Below, one piece after another: positions 9,058 through 18,197 of a stretch of 45,922 bases of DNA. Made by a program: the position numbers and the translations under genes. Position 1 is the stretch's first letter; every line of letters starts with the position of its first letter. The stretch lies in contig JAQXIQ010000148.1 of the NCBI GenBank assembly GCA_029007865.1, positions 1-45,922 of the forward strand, given 5' to 3'. The notes under the pieces were generated by a model. That model worked only from the letters and a program-made list of their open reading frames with translations, ran no database searches and was not told where the DNA came from. Source of the DNA: Bacillota bacterium (GTDB lineage Bacteria; Bacillota; Clostridia; Christensenellales; QALW01).

Positions 9058-9120
9058 GCCCTTGCCTGATCCATTGCCGGGAATCTACAGGTTATATAAG
9101 AAACCTCACAGATAATACTT

Positions 9121-10011
9121 TTGGGTCTTGACTTTATATTCGCTAACGCTTACAATAGCTGCGTATTACAAAAGTCGGCACAGCCGTTTATGGCTTTTTT
9201 TGCGGCTGCGCTCAGGAAAGGAAAAACCGAATTGTATCCGGGATTTGCATCTCTTTCGTTTTTCGCCGCTCCGTGTGCCGCTCCCGCGGCCGGACTTTAC
9301 TCACCGGCGCACATAATAATGCTGCTCATTGCCGCCTGCTGTGTGGCCGCGGCGCTTTATTTTACGGCGCGCATACCGGCAGATAAAGCGTCTTTTATCA
9401 TGCGGCGCATAATACGCTGCCTGACCGCTGTGCTCTGGGTGCTGGAAATATGCAAAATAGTGTTTAATATTATAATAGGAAATGCCGATAATCCCAACTC
9501 ATACATACCGCTTTATTTTTGCAGCATTGTACTGTATGCCGGCCTTATGAGCAGTTTGGGCCGCGGCAAGCTGCAGCGTGCCGGCGATGTTTTCCTGGCA
9601 ACCGGTTCTGTAGTGGGCGGACTTGTTTTTTTAATTGTCCCTCTTACATCGCTTACCATTTACCCCGCAATTCACTTTATATCCTTTCACAGCTTTATGC
9701 TGCACTCGGTTATGGTTTATATGGGGCTGGCGCTGCTTATTACAGGCAGCATACGGCTTGGCCTGCGGGATATTATCGGATATGCCGCAACGGTACTTAT
9801 CGTATGCGCTGCAGCCCTGGTTATAAACCTGTGCTGCGATTCCAACCTGATGTTTATATCGCAAAACTATCCGTCCTCTCCGATAGAACTGATATATAAT
9901 CTGTTCCCGGGAGTATGGTTTACGGTAGTAATGATTCTGGGGCAATGCACTCTTCCGTTTATCGCGGTATACCTGCTTCTGCCCTCCCGCTGCAAGGAAC
10001 GCTCCCGCTGA
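9121..10011 (+). CDS. YwaF/TMEM164-like integral membrane protein (start uncertain, possibly 9190 or later)
   Basis: LYSPAH, IPLYFCS, FHSFMLH, SNLMFI motifs; multi-TM. Confidence 0.75.
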   Translation: MGLDFIFANAYNSCVLQKSAQPFMAFFAAALRKGKTELYPGFASLSFFAAPCAAPAAGLYSPAHIIMLLIAACCVAAALYFTARIPADKASFIMRRIIRCLTAVLWVLEICKIVFNIIIGNADNPNSYIPLYFCSIVLYAGLMSSLGRGKLQRAGDVFLATGSVVGGLVFLIVPLTSLTIYPAIHFISFHSFMLHSVMVYMGLALLITGSIRLGLRDIIGYAATVLIVCAAALVINLCCDSNLMFISQNYPSSPIELIYNLFPGVWFTVVMILGQCTLPFIAVYLLLPSRCKERSR

Positions 10012-10075
10012 GCGCGGCTTCGCTTCTTCTCCCGCTCGCCTCATTGCCTGTCCGTCCTGCATTTTACCGCTAAGT

Positions 10076-12100
10076 TCACTGTTTTTTTACGGTATCTATA
10101 TAAACGCAGGCGGGAGAACCGCACATACCGTCCGCCGATAGGCGCACATACAGTTCCGCCCCATGAAGCTCTCCGTATGCGGTTACGGTAAGCGGAATAA
10201 CCTTTTCCTCACCCGGTGCCAGTACCACCGCATCAGCGACGGAAACGGAAATCCCCTCCGGCGCATTTATATCCGGATGCGCGCAGACCGTTTGCGAAGT
10301 GAAATTGCAGCATCCGAGCATGATTTCGGTGCTCCGGCCGCTTTCCAGCCGGTAACCCGTAGTGATGAGCTCTCCCTCGCCCTTTTTCGGGTCGGGAAAG
10401 AACGGAAATGTATCGGGCGGAAACACCGGTCTGACAAAAAGCCGGCACGGCAGAGGCAAGCTATGTGCGCAGGCGCGCCGCACCTTGGCGGCGTCACGGT
10501 TATAAAGCTGCTTTGGAATGCGGTTAAAGTGCACGAAGACCGGAGCCGCGCCTATATTGATGCTGAGTCCGTCCCTCCCGGGGCAAAGACATTTTTCTCC
10601 GCCGTTCATATCTGCCACAACTACAGGAAGCCGCACCGGAAGCTGCACGCTCACCGGCTCGTCGTTCCAGAGCATAAGCACCTCGTCCCCGCCGGTATCG
10701 AAGGCCACTCCCCTGACAGGGAGGGTTGTGCTTCCCAGAGCCTCTCCCTTTCCAAGCTGCGCGCATACCGCGCAAAGCGATATAAACGCCGGAAGCGGCT
10801 CATGCCCGGAGGTAAACATTCCGAACTCGGCATTGCACTCGCCGTACGCCGGGAGCATGAAGTGAAAGGTTCTCTCCACGCCGCAGAACGGGACAAGCGC
10901 CGACGCAGCGGACAGGTAAGCGGCATGCTGATACCATTGCGTCATCCTGTCATAGCCATCCGGATTTGTGATTATCGTGCCTGTCTCGGTAAGCCATGCC
11001 GCTTTGCCGCCCCATTTTTCGGCATTAAGCATGTGCTCTGACAGCACCGGCATATCCGGGGCGGGCACAGAATCTTTATCCGGGAAAACATAAGTGTGGA
11101 AATTGTACGCATCCGTATAATCCATTACGCCGTTTTTCATCATCCACGGCCCGTAAACGGAAAATTCCGGCGCGCGCGCATAGGCACCCGGCAATATCAG
11201 GGCCTCTGTACCGCTGTCCTTAAGCCCTATGGCAAAGGCCTTCATAAAGGCTGCGTATTCATCCGGCGTACCGCAGGAGAAATGGGTGACATCCTGCTCG
11301 TTCCATATCTCCCAGGCATCCACCGCTCCATCAAAATGCCTGCCTATTTCCCGGGCAAAGCTCCTGACGGCGCTCATGGAACTTACCGCAAGTCCGTCGC
11401 GGCAGCACAGCGCGGCGGGAATATCATGAAAGCAGACGGTAATTTTTATTCCCTCCGCTTTAATATAAGAAAAGGCTTCGTCGTAGTTCTCAAAAAGGTA
11501 TTGTATCCCGTCGTTATATATATCCGAAAGCCTTATTCTCTCCCTTGCCCACTTGACGCCCGACAGTCCAAGCAACCGCGCATAATCCCTCCTGTTTTCC
11601 GATTTTACATGCCATGCGGAGGCATGGTCTACGGCAAAGGGGCTGTCCGCCACTGCACATCTGTCCGTTTTGGCAACTATGCCGAAAAAGCAGCTTAGCG
11701 CATTGCCTTTTATAAAGACCTTACACTCATAATGCCCGGGGCCCATGCCGCATTGAGAAAAATCCAGCCGGAAGCAGTTACAGTCTCTGCTTATCTCCAG
11801 CCTTCCCTTGAATATTTCTCCGCTCAGGGTGTTTTTAATTCCGTATCTGATTTTGCCGTCGTTTACAGGCGCGGTAATGACGAAAACTAACGGTTCGCCC
11901 TCCGAAAATACCGACATATTTGCACAACTGCGCATCCCAAGCACCGCATTGGGCAGATGCTCCTGGTACAGCTTAGGCATGGGAACGCTTATGGGGCGCT
12001 CCTGCACGCTCATTATATTAGCTGCGCCGCTTGGGGCATCCGCCTCCTGCCGCGGTCTGTCTTTGTGCAGGGATACGGGATCAAAACCGCTGTATGACAT
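10076..12100 (-). CDS. Glycoside hydrolase, clan GH-A (GH39/GH5-like), no signal peptide
   Basis: GVKWARE, WEIWNEQD (acid/base), YNFHTY, WLTETG (nucleophile); GGAGG RBS. Confidence 0.8.
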   Translation of the reverse strand: MSYSGFDPVSLHKDRPRQEADAPSGAANIMSVQERPISVPMPKLYQEHLPNAVLGMRSCANMSVFSEGEPLVFVITAPVNDGKIRYGIKNTLSGEIFKGRLEISRDCNCFRLDFSQCGMGPGHYECKVFIKGNALSCFFGIVAKTDRCAVADSPFAVDHASAWHVKSENRRDYARLLGLSGVKWARERIRLSDIYNDGIQYLFENYDEAFSYIKAEGIKITVCFHDIPAALCCRDGLAVSSMSAVRSFAREIGRHFDGAVDAWEIWNEQDVTHFSCGTPDEYAAFMKAFAIGLKDSGTEALILPGAYARAPEFSVYGPWMMKNGVMDYTDAYNFHTYVFPDKDSVPAPDMPVLSEHMLNAEKWGGKAAWLTETGTIITNPDGYDRMTQWYQHAAYLSAASALVPFCGVERTFHFMLPAYGECNAEFGMFTSGHEPLPAFISLCAVCAQLGKGEALGSTTLPVRGVAFDTGGDEVLMLWNDEPVSVQLPVRLPVVVADMNGGEKCLCPGRDGLSINIGAAPVFVHFNRIPKQLYNRDAAKVRRACAHSLPLPCRLFVRPVFPPDTFPFFPDPKKGEGELITTGYRLESGRSTEIMLGCCNFTSQTVCAHPDINAPEGISVSVADAVVLAPGEEKVIPLTVTAYGELHGAELYVRLSADGMCGSPACVYIDTVKKQ

Positions 12101-12263
12101 ATTGTCCTCCGTTTTTGCTCAGGGCGCGCGCAAACCTAATTGCCGCGGCCGGACCGGCGTGCATACATAAAGCATTATTGCCCGCAAATGATAAACAGTC
12201 CTAAAAGCCGCAGAGCAAAAAGCTTACGTCATCCGTTTGCAAGGTATTATCTTTCTTTCAAAG

Positions 12264-12292
12264 ATTATACCGCACCGGCACACATATTTCAA
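12264..12292 (-). promoter_or_regulatory. Sigma-A promoter of the glycoside hydrolase
   Basis: TTGAAA-N17-TATAAT. Confidence 0.6.
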
Positions 12293-12406
12293 TGCTAAAA
12301 ACATTCCTGAATATGTACTTTTTGTATGGTCTTGTGCGTTGCTTCGCAGGCGGCGATATGCCCGGGCGCAGAAAGGCTTGCCGCATGTTTCACGAAATGT
12401 ATACAT

Positions 12407-12437
12407 AAAAACGCCGCGCATGCAGCGCGGCGTTTTT
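12407..12437 (-). terminator. Intrinsic terminator of the ABC operon
   Basis: AAAAACGCCGCGC-ATGCA-GCGCGGCGTTTTT. Confidence 0.85.
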
Positions 12438-12454
12438 GCGGCTTGTTATATTGA

Positions 12455-13507
12455 TTAGCCCACCATACCGGAACGCTCAATTGACTGAACGAAGAACCTC
12501 TGGCAGAACACATACAGCACAACCAAGGGCAGTATGTGCATTATCAGCAGGGCTGCGTTATATACCTCGGTCAGAATAGAGTTGTTATCATAACCCAAAA
12601 CCTTCTGCACATAACCTGTAGCAGCGCTTGTTATCTTCATGGACAAAACATCTGCCTGCGGGTACAGTATGGAGAGATACGTCGTATCATTGTACTGCCA
12701 TACAAAGGCAAAGAGGAATACCGTGACCATTATGGGCAATGCACTGGGCAGCATTATCTGCCAGAAGGTGCGGAACGTGCCTGCACCGTCTATATAGGCA
12801 GCTTCCTCCAGCTCTTTGGGCTGATTGCGGAAATACTGACGCAGCATGAATATAAACAGTCCGTTTTTGAACATTACGCAGGTGGCGCTCATGATGATCA
12901 TGATGCTCCAGCCGGTAAGCTTTATTCCTCCGCCGCTCCTGGTGTTGAACATATCCGGAGTTATTGAAAACATCGTCAAAGGATTAAAGTTTGAAAAACG
13001 CATCTTCATGGCATCGGATATAAGCTGAATAGGCACCACAAGGGTGGCGATTACCAGGAAGAATACAAGGCCGTTACCCTTGAAACGGAACCTGGCAAGG
13101 CCGTAAGCCACCAGCGTACACGACGCCATCTGCAGCAGTCCCAGTCCCAAAGAGGACAGTACGGAACCCATAAACAGCTTGGGATACTTTACATAATTCC
13201 ACATGGCGGTGTAGTTTTCCAGCGTCAGACTTCTGGGAATAAAGATAACCGTCTGATCGTAAACGTCCTGAGCCGTTTTAAGCGAAGTGGAGAGCTGCAC
13301 GAGCAGAGGATACAGGATAAGCCAGCACAGTCCTATAAGCAGAACCCCTCTGATTATCCCCCAGATAACGCCCCTGGTCTTTTTTGACTTGAAGAACGCT
13401 TTTACCGCGGCCCAGCCCTTGAGCTTAATTACCTGAAAGGCATCTACCTCTTCGGCGCCGACCTGATTGACCTTTTTTTCAACCTTCTTTTTACTGAAAA
13501 GCCCCAT
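12455..13507 (-). CDS. Carbohydrate ABC transporter permease (MalG/UgpE type)
   Basis: PKELEEAAYIDGA EAA loop; QRFFVQSIERSG; AGGAGG RBS supports ATG 13507. Confidence 0.93.
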   Translation of the reverse strand: MGLFSKKKVEKKVNQVGAEEVDAFQVIKLKGWAAVKAFFKSKKTRGVIWGIIRGVLLIGLCWLILYPLLVQLSTSLKTAQDVYDQTVIFIPRSLTLENYTAMWNYVKYPKLFMGSVLSSLGLGLLQMASCTLVAYGLARFRFKGNGLVFFLVIATLVVPIQLISDAMKMRFSNFNPLTMFSITPDMFNTRSGGGIKLTGWSIMIIMSATCVMFKNGLFIFMLRQYFRNQPKELEEAAYIDGAGTFRTFWQIMLPSALPIMVTVFLFAFVWQYNDTTYLSILYPQADVLSMKITSAATGYVQKVLGYDNNSILTEVYNAALLIMHILPLVVLYVFCQRFFVQSIERSGMVG

Positions 13508-13511
13508 GTTC

Positions 13512-14741
13512 TCACCTCCTGCTCTTCTTAACGACTTCGTTTTCGTTATAGACAAACCTTGATATTATGGCTGCCACTATCACTATCAGCAATGCAGAGA
13601 CAAGGAAGTACAGCCAGCCCATTGCCATGCGTTCGGAAAGGCTGATGGACGTATTGCTTGCCGAATTGAACAAATAGCTTATCATCGGGTTGTTGGAACC
13701 TGTAAAAACATCGATCATGGTATACATTGTGGCAACCAGTATCATAGGCGATACCATGGGGAAGGTGATCTTCCAGAAAGCTTCCCACTTTGTGGCGCCC
13801 TCCATGTCCGAAGCCTCAAACAGAGAGGGAGATATGGTCTGCAGCGCAGCAAGGAAAATAAGTATCTGCACGCCGGAAAACAGAACTATGTTGGAAAGCT
13901 CGTTAAACGCGCCGGTAACAAAATCCACGAACGGGCTCATAAACTCTATTTCCGATAGAATGTTCTTTATTGATTCCACCATGTCAAGGTCGGTACCGCT
14001 CATGGCACCCGAAACACTGGAGCCGAATCTTGCAACCTCCCAGCTGCCTTCCTTTATCCTGGAAGCCACACCCGTAGCGGTTACAACAGGCATGAAGAAT
14101 ATAACTCTTGCAACAACTCTGCCGCGGAATTTGCTGTTAAGCACATTGGCTATCAGGAAGCTGAATACAAGTATCGCCGGTATATAGATAAGTCTGGGCA
14201 GGGTATTCTGCACGGCGGTAATATAATCACGCTTTTCGGTACATACGGTTTTGTAATTATCCAGTCCCACATAATTCAGCGTATCGCGGGTCTCTATGCT
14301 GGTCACGACCTTGCGCTGGCCGTTTTCCATTTCATAGATGACATTGCCGGAGGCGTCATAAGTTTTCTCGCCGGCATTGTTGAGTTTAAGCACCCAATAC
14401 TCCGGATTTGCGATCAGTCTTTCCGGCTCTCCGTCTTCTTTGTCGGCCGTCTGCATTACATATATCTTATTGCCCTCGGAATCGGTTTTGGGCTGGCCGT
14501 TTTCGTCCAGCTCCAAAACATAGCATTTTTCGCTGGGCTTTGCCGGGTTTACATATTCATACTGAGGCAAAAGCTCCGTGCACTGCGCCGTGCCCTGACT
14601 GTAGATACTGAGCATAAAAGATGTATACAGCGGAGAAAGAACAAAGAACAGGAAGCCCAGAAGAAACGGCAACACGAACAGCCATCCCGACAGGGAACGC
14701 TTTGTCATCAGATCCAGACCTTTTTTGCGCGGTTTGTACAT
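13512..14741 (-). CDS. Carbohydrate ABC transporter permease (MalF/UgpA type) with a ~100-aa extracellular insertion
   Basis: FVLPFLLGF; VGLDNY; LFEASDMEGATKWEAFWKITFP. Confidence 0.93.
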   Translation of the reverse strand: MYKPRKKGLDLMTKRSLSGWLFVLPFLLGFLFFVLSPLYTSFMLSIYSQGTAQCTELLPQYEYVNPAKPSEKCYVLELDENGQPKTDSEGNKIYVMQTADKEDGEPERLIANPEYWVLKLNNAGEKTYDASGNVIYEMENGQRKVVTSIETRDTLNYVGLDNYKTVCTEKRDYITAVQNTLPRLIYIPAILVFSFLIANVLNSKFRGRVVARVIFFMPVVTATGVASRIKEGSWEVARFGSSVSGAMSGTDLDMVESIKNILSEIEFMSPFVDFVTGAFNELSNIVLFSGVQILIFLAALQTISPSLFEASDMEGATKWEAFWKITFPMVSPMILVATMYTMIDVFTGSNNPMISYLFNSASNTSISLSERMAMGWLYFLVSALLIVIVAAIISRFVYNENEVVKKSRR

Positions 14742-14744
14742 TTA

Positions 14745-17528
14745 TCAGACCCCCTTAATAACGAGGTAGTCCCTTGCCGGAACAGTATATCCGTCTATTG
14801 AAACGGAAACCTCATCGTAATTGACATACACGATTGTGCCGTCGCTGTACTGCGTGCTGGTAAGAGTCTGGCTTATATTGTCATGCTTGACCATCGTCAA
14901 AGAAGCAGTATGCCCCAGCTCCTCATTGTAGCGGTTATAGAACTTTATGGCGTCATCTATCCATGCCGAATAATTTACCGAATATACATCCTCAAAATAC
15001 ACGTTGTTAATGTCCTTATTGGGAGCATACATCCAACGGTAAGCAATCCCGGCGCCGTACTCGACCGCCTTGAGCATACTTGTTGTGCTGTCACCGGACT
15101 GGTTGATGAACTCACCGGAATACTGTATGTAGCCATGGATAACAAGCTGATAGAACGGAACCGTTTCATCGGCCATATAGAATTCCGAACTCTGATTGGG
15201 CAGCTCGTATATAACATCGGTGCCGGCCAGAGTATACATATTGCCGCCAACCGTAGCTATGCTCACTCCGGCGTCGGAGAACATACCGTAAATATCGGTA
15301 TAAATCTGCTGAACCTCATTACGGTCCACAAGCGCGCCGACATGATAATCCCCGGTAAGCATATTGCCTATGGCTCCCAGCGAAACAGCGCTTATCTTGT
15401 TGCTCTGAAGGTTTTTAAGCAGGCTTTCCGAAACCGACTGAACCTTCTGAGGCTTGGTGATAAATGCCTGGTGCATATAATACTTGGTCTGCATCAGATT
15501 GTACTGATAATACATCGCATTGGAACGGGACAGCATACGCGACGCATCCAGGAATTTCATATAGTCATCAAACAGCTTATCGGTATAAACCAGAAGCACT
15601 TCGCATTCGGGATAGAGCGCTATTCCGTTATCCTGGGCATACTGCTGCAGGTCGCGGTAATCGCCCCAGCCTCCCAGCTCATTAAGCGGTCTGACGGAGC
15701 TGTATACCTGGTTGAGCAGTCCGTTATTGGACCAGCCTCTGTAGCGGACATTGATACCCTTGACACCGCTTTCGGTAAGTTTCTTAAGTATCTCCTGCGC
15801 CTCGTTGTAGGTTGTAAGGCTGTTCAGATAATCGTACTGAATGCCCATAAAGGCGCCGGTATCCGACATCGCCCCGAGCAGCTCCAGGTTAAAGTTAATG
15901 TCGTTTCCGGAGATCTGCCTGTCTTTGAGCAGGCCTTTACTTATCAGATACTCTCTGTAATAAGCCGCCATATCGGCATAATCGAGATCGCCGGGTAATA
16001 TTGTGTACTTAATGGCGATATCGCCGGAATACTTTTTCTCCTGATAGGTCTTAAGAGTGCTGCTTGCACCGAAAAGCGCCATATCGTCAAATTCCGAGAG
16101 ACGGTAGGAAGAATAAGTATAATTCAGGGTGTTGTTCTGTCCTCTGGGAACATCGCTGACGACGCTTGCAACCGCCTCGCCGTCCTCAATGATGGAAAAC
16201 AGCGTACTGTTCTGCTTCTTTATAGCCCATATCGGCAGGTATCCCTGCTCGGAATACTCCGGCTGAGTGGAATAGTCCTTGCCGCGGTCTATGCCGTATA
16301 TCTGAACCTTTAACGGATCGCTTATAGCTATCTTGCCGTTGTTGAAGTTTATCAGCGCTCCGCTTCCGTCGGGAGTAAGCATATAGCCTTTTTCCTGCTG
16401 GTCGGCGCTGCCGAAATACTTGAGCACATCCAGGTATGCAATGCAGTATTTGCTCTCATTGAACATTATCTCGTCATTCTTGATGCACACCTTAAGGCCG
16501 TCTTCCTCAAGAATATAATCAAGAGGAATCATAAACAGGTTGGTGCTGACATCAGCAACATCGTATTCGGAATGCCAGTAGTCGCGAAGCGCCACCATAT
16601 CCGGGAAATCCGGATACTCATCCTTATGGCCCTGGTAATCGTAGCCGAACTGTTCTCCGCCCTCATACCACATCGTAAAGACATTCTTGAACATATTTCC
16701 GTTAACGTCTTTAAGGCTTTGTATGAGAACCGCGACTTCTTCGCCTTCTTCAAGATTTTTCAGCTTGGGAGATATTTTATCGTACTCTTCCTTGGCGGTA
16801 TCGGTTAATTTGTCGTAAGTATCCTTGGTAAAGATCTTGTAAGCGTTTTTGATGGCTGCATAGTTTACGTTATACAGCACGCCCCATTTATCTTTTTTCT
16901 CATCATTGGACAAGCCGTTCAGTTCGTTGTTGTAAAAGGTTGTGGCAAGCTCCAGCATCTCGTCAAAAACCTGCTTGGGCATTATGGTGGGTATTTTGTA
17001 ATCGGTCTGGAAATTTCCGATTACATATTTGACCCTGAGGCCGCCCTCGTCATTATAGGTCAGGTAAAAAGGCATTATTTTGGAGCCCTGCTCGACCGCC
17101 TTTTCATACATTAGGATGCAGTTTGTATAGCTGTTCAGATCCATCTGACTGGAAGAGGTTTTATCGTTATACCTGATCTGTATCTGGCTCATCATTTCGC
17201 CGGCTTTTCCGCTGGCGTCTATAACGCTCTGCGTCGGATTGGAAAACCAGGTTTCTCCGCTGGCCTTGTGAACCAACACTATATCCAGCCGCTGTTTGTT
17301 CAGGTACAGCTCGTAAGAGCTGTTTTCCTGCACAAGATAGTAATCGACGGTGCTGCCGTTGCCCATATCCCGGTGATAAATAATGTCCTCGCTGAGCTTG
17401 TACTCCTCAAGACCGGTATATTTGTCCTCGGGAATGAACCACTCTTCAACGGCCTTTTGTACACAACCGGAGAACATACTCAGCGCCATAAGCAGAACAA
17501 GGGCAATAACCGTAAGTTTTTTTGTCAT
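14745..17528 (-). CDS. DUF5696-like large lipoprotein
   Basis: Lipobox MFSG-C; WFSNP, GYMLTPDGSGALI, YRGW, VPFYQLVIHGYI, YSDGTIVYVNY motifs; canonical position in NHL-Yip1 ABC clusters. Confidence 0.75.
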   Translation of the reverse strand: MTKKLTVIALVLLMALSMFSGCVQKAVEEWFIPEDKYTGLEEYKLSEDIIYHRDMGNGSTVDYYLVQENSSYELYLNKQRLDIVLVHKASGETWFSNPTQSVIDASGKAGEMMSQIQIRYNDKTSSSQMDLNSYTNCILMYEKAVEQGSKIMPFYLTYNDEGGLRVKYVIGNFQTDYKIPTIMPKQVFDEMLELATTFYNNELNGLSNDEKKDKWGVLYNVNYAAIKNAYKIFTKDTYDKLTDTAKEEYDKISPKLKNLEEGEEVAVLIQSLKDVNGNMFKNVFTMWYEGGEQFGYDYQGHKDEYPDFPDMVALRDYWHSEYDVADVSTNLFMIPLDYILEEDGLKVCIKNDEIMFNESKYCIAYLDVLKYFGSADQQEKGYMLTPDGSGALINFNNGKIAISDPLKVQIYGIDRGKDYSTQPEYSEQGYLPIWAIKKQNSTLFSIIEDGEAVASVVSDVPRGQNNTLNYTYSSYRLSEFDDMALFGASSTLKTYQEKKYSGDIAIKYTILPGDLDYADMAAYYREYLISKGLLKDRQISGNDINFNLELLGAMSDTGAFMGIQYDYLNSLTTYNEAQEILKKLTESGVKGINVRYRGWSNNGLLNQVYSSVRPLNELGGWGDYRDLQQYAQDNGIALYPECEVLLVYTDKLFDDYMKFLDASRMLSRSNAMYYQYNLMQTKYYMHQAFITKPQKVQSVSESLLKNLQSNKISAVSLGAIGNMLTGDYHVGALVDRNEVQQIYTDIYGMFSDAGVSIATVGGNMYTLAGTDVIYELPNQSSEFYMADETVPFYQLVIHGYIQYSGEFINQSGDSTTSMLKAVEYGAGIAYRWMYAPNKDINNVYFEDVYSVNYSAWIDDAIKFYNRYNEELGHTASLTMVKHDNISQTLTSTQYSDGTIVYVNYDEVSVSIDGYTVPARDYLVIKGV

Positions 17529-17543
17529 CTCATTTCCCTCCTG

Positions 17544-18197
17544 TTAATAACGCATGGTAACTTCCCGATATATTGTATAAACAACGCCGAATATCTGCTG
17601 CAGCAGGAAGAAAAACAGCATGCCTATAAACATTATCAGTGCCATACCCAATGCAATGCATATAATGGCAAATATTGTTCCTATTGCTCCGTACTGATGG
17701 GTTACCATCGTGCCGCAGTACAGCAGCAAGCCGGTCCAGAAAATACCCAGGAAATTAAGGAATGTAAATATCGTGCCCTCGTCCACCGTCATGAACTGTG
17801 AAAGAACGGTCAGCGCCAGGGTGAAGATAATGTACGGCATCAGAGAATAGGCCGTATAATGGAATATATCCTTAACACTTCCTTCGCCGTTAAACAGCGT
17901 GGTTATACCCCAGTTTGAATAGCACCACAGCAGCACTATCAGTATGAACACTCCGGCGTCACTGAAAACGTTGATGTTCTCCGGCCGCACGGCAAATGTA
18001 TTGAACGAATAGGCTGCAAACTGCTTGAAAATAAGCCCCGCAATTACAAACAATATATAAAGTGTAACGGATACCGCCATGCGGGCCTTTTTATCGTGCT
18101 TGAGCTCCCAGAAGCCCTTGAAGGGATGCAGCATGCAATAAAAGACATATCTGAAATCACTGAAATATTGCTTCAGCGCGGCTTTCACCTTACTCAT
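17544..18197 (-). CDS. Yip1-family membrane protein
   Basis: HPFKGFWELK, NWGITTLFNGEG, AYSLMP, THQY; ~5 TM. Confidence 0.8.
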   Translation of the reverse strand: MSKVKAALKQYFSDFRYVFYCMLHPFKGFWELKHDKKARMAVSVTLYILFVIAGLIFKQFAAYSFNTFAVRPENINVFSDAGVFILIVLLWCYSNWGITTLFNGEGSVKDIFHYTAYSLMPYIIFTLALTVLSQFMTVDEGTIFTFLNFLGIFWTGLLLYCGTMVTHQYGAIGTIFAIICIALGMALIMFIGMLFFFLLQQIFGVVYTIYREVTMRY

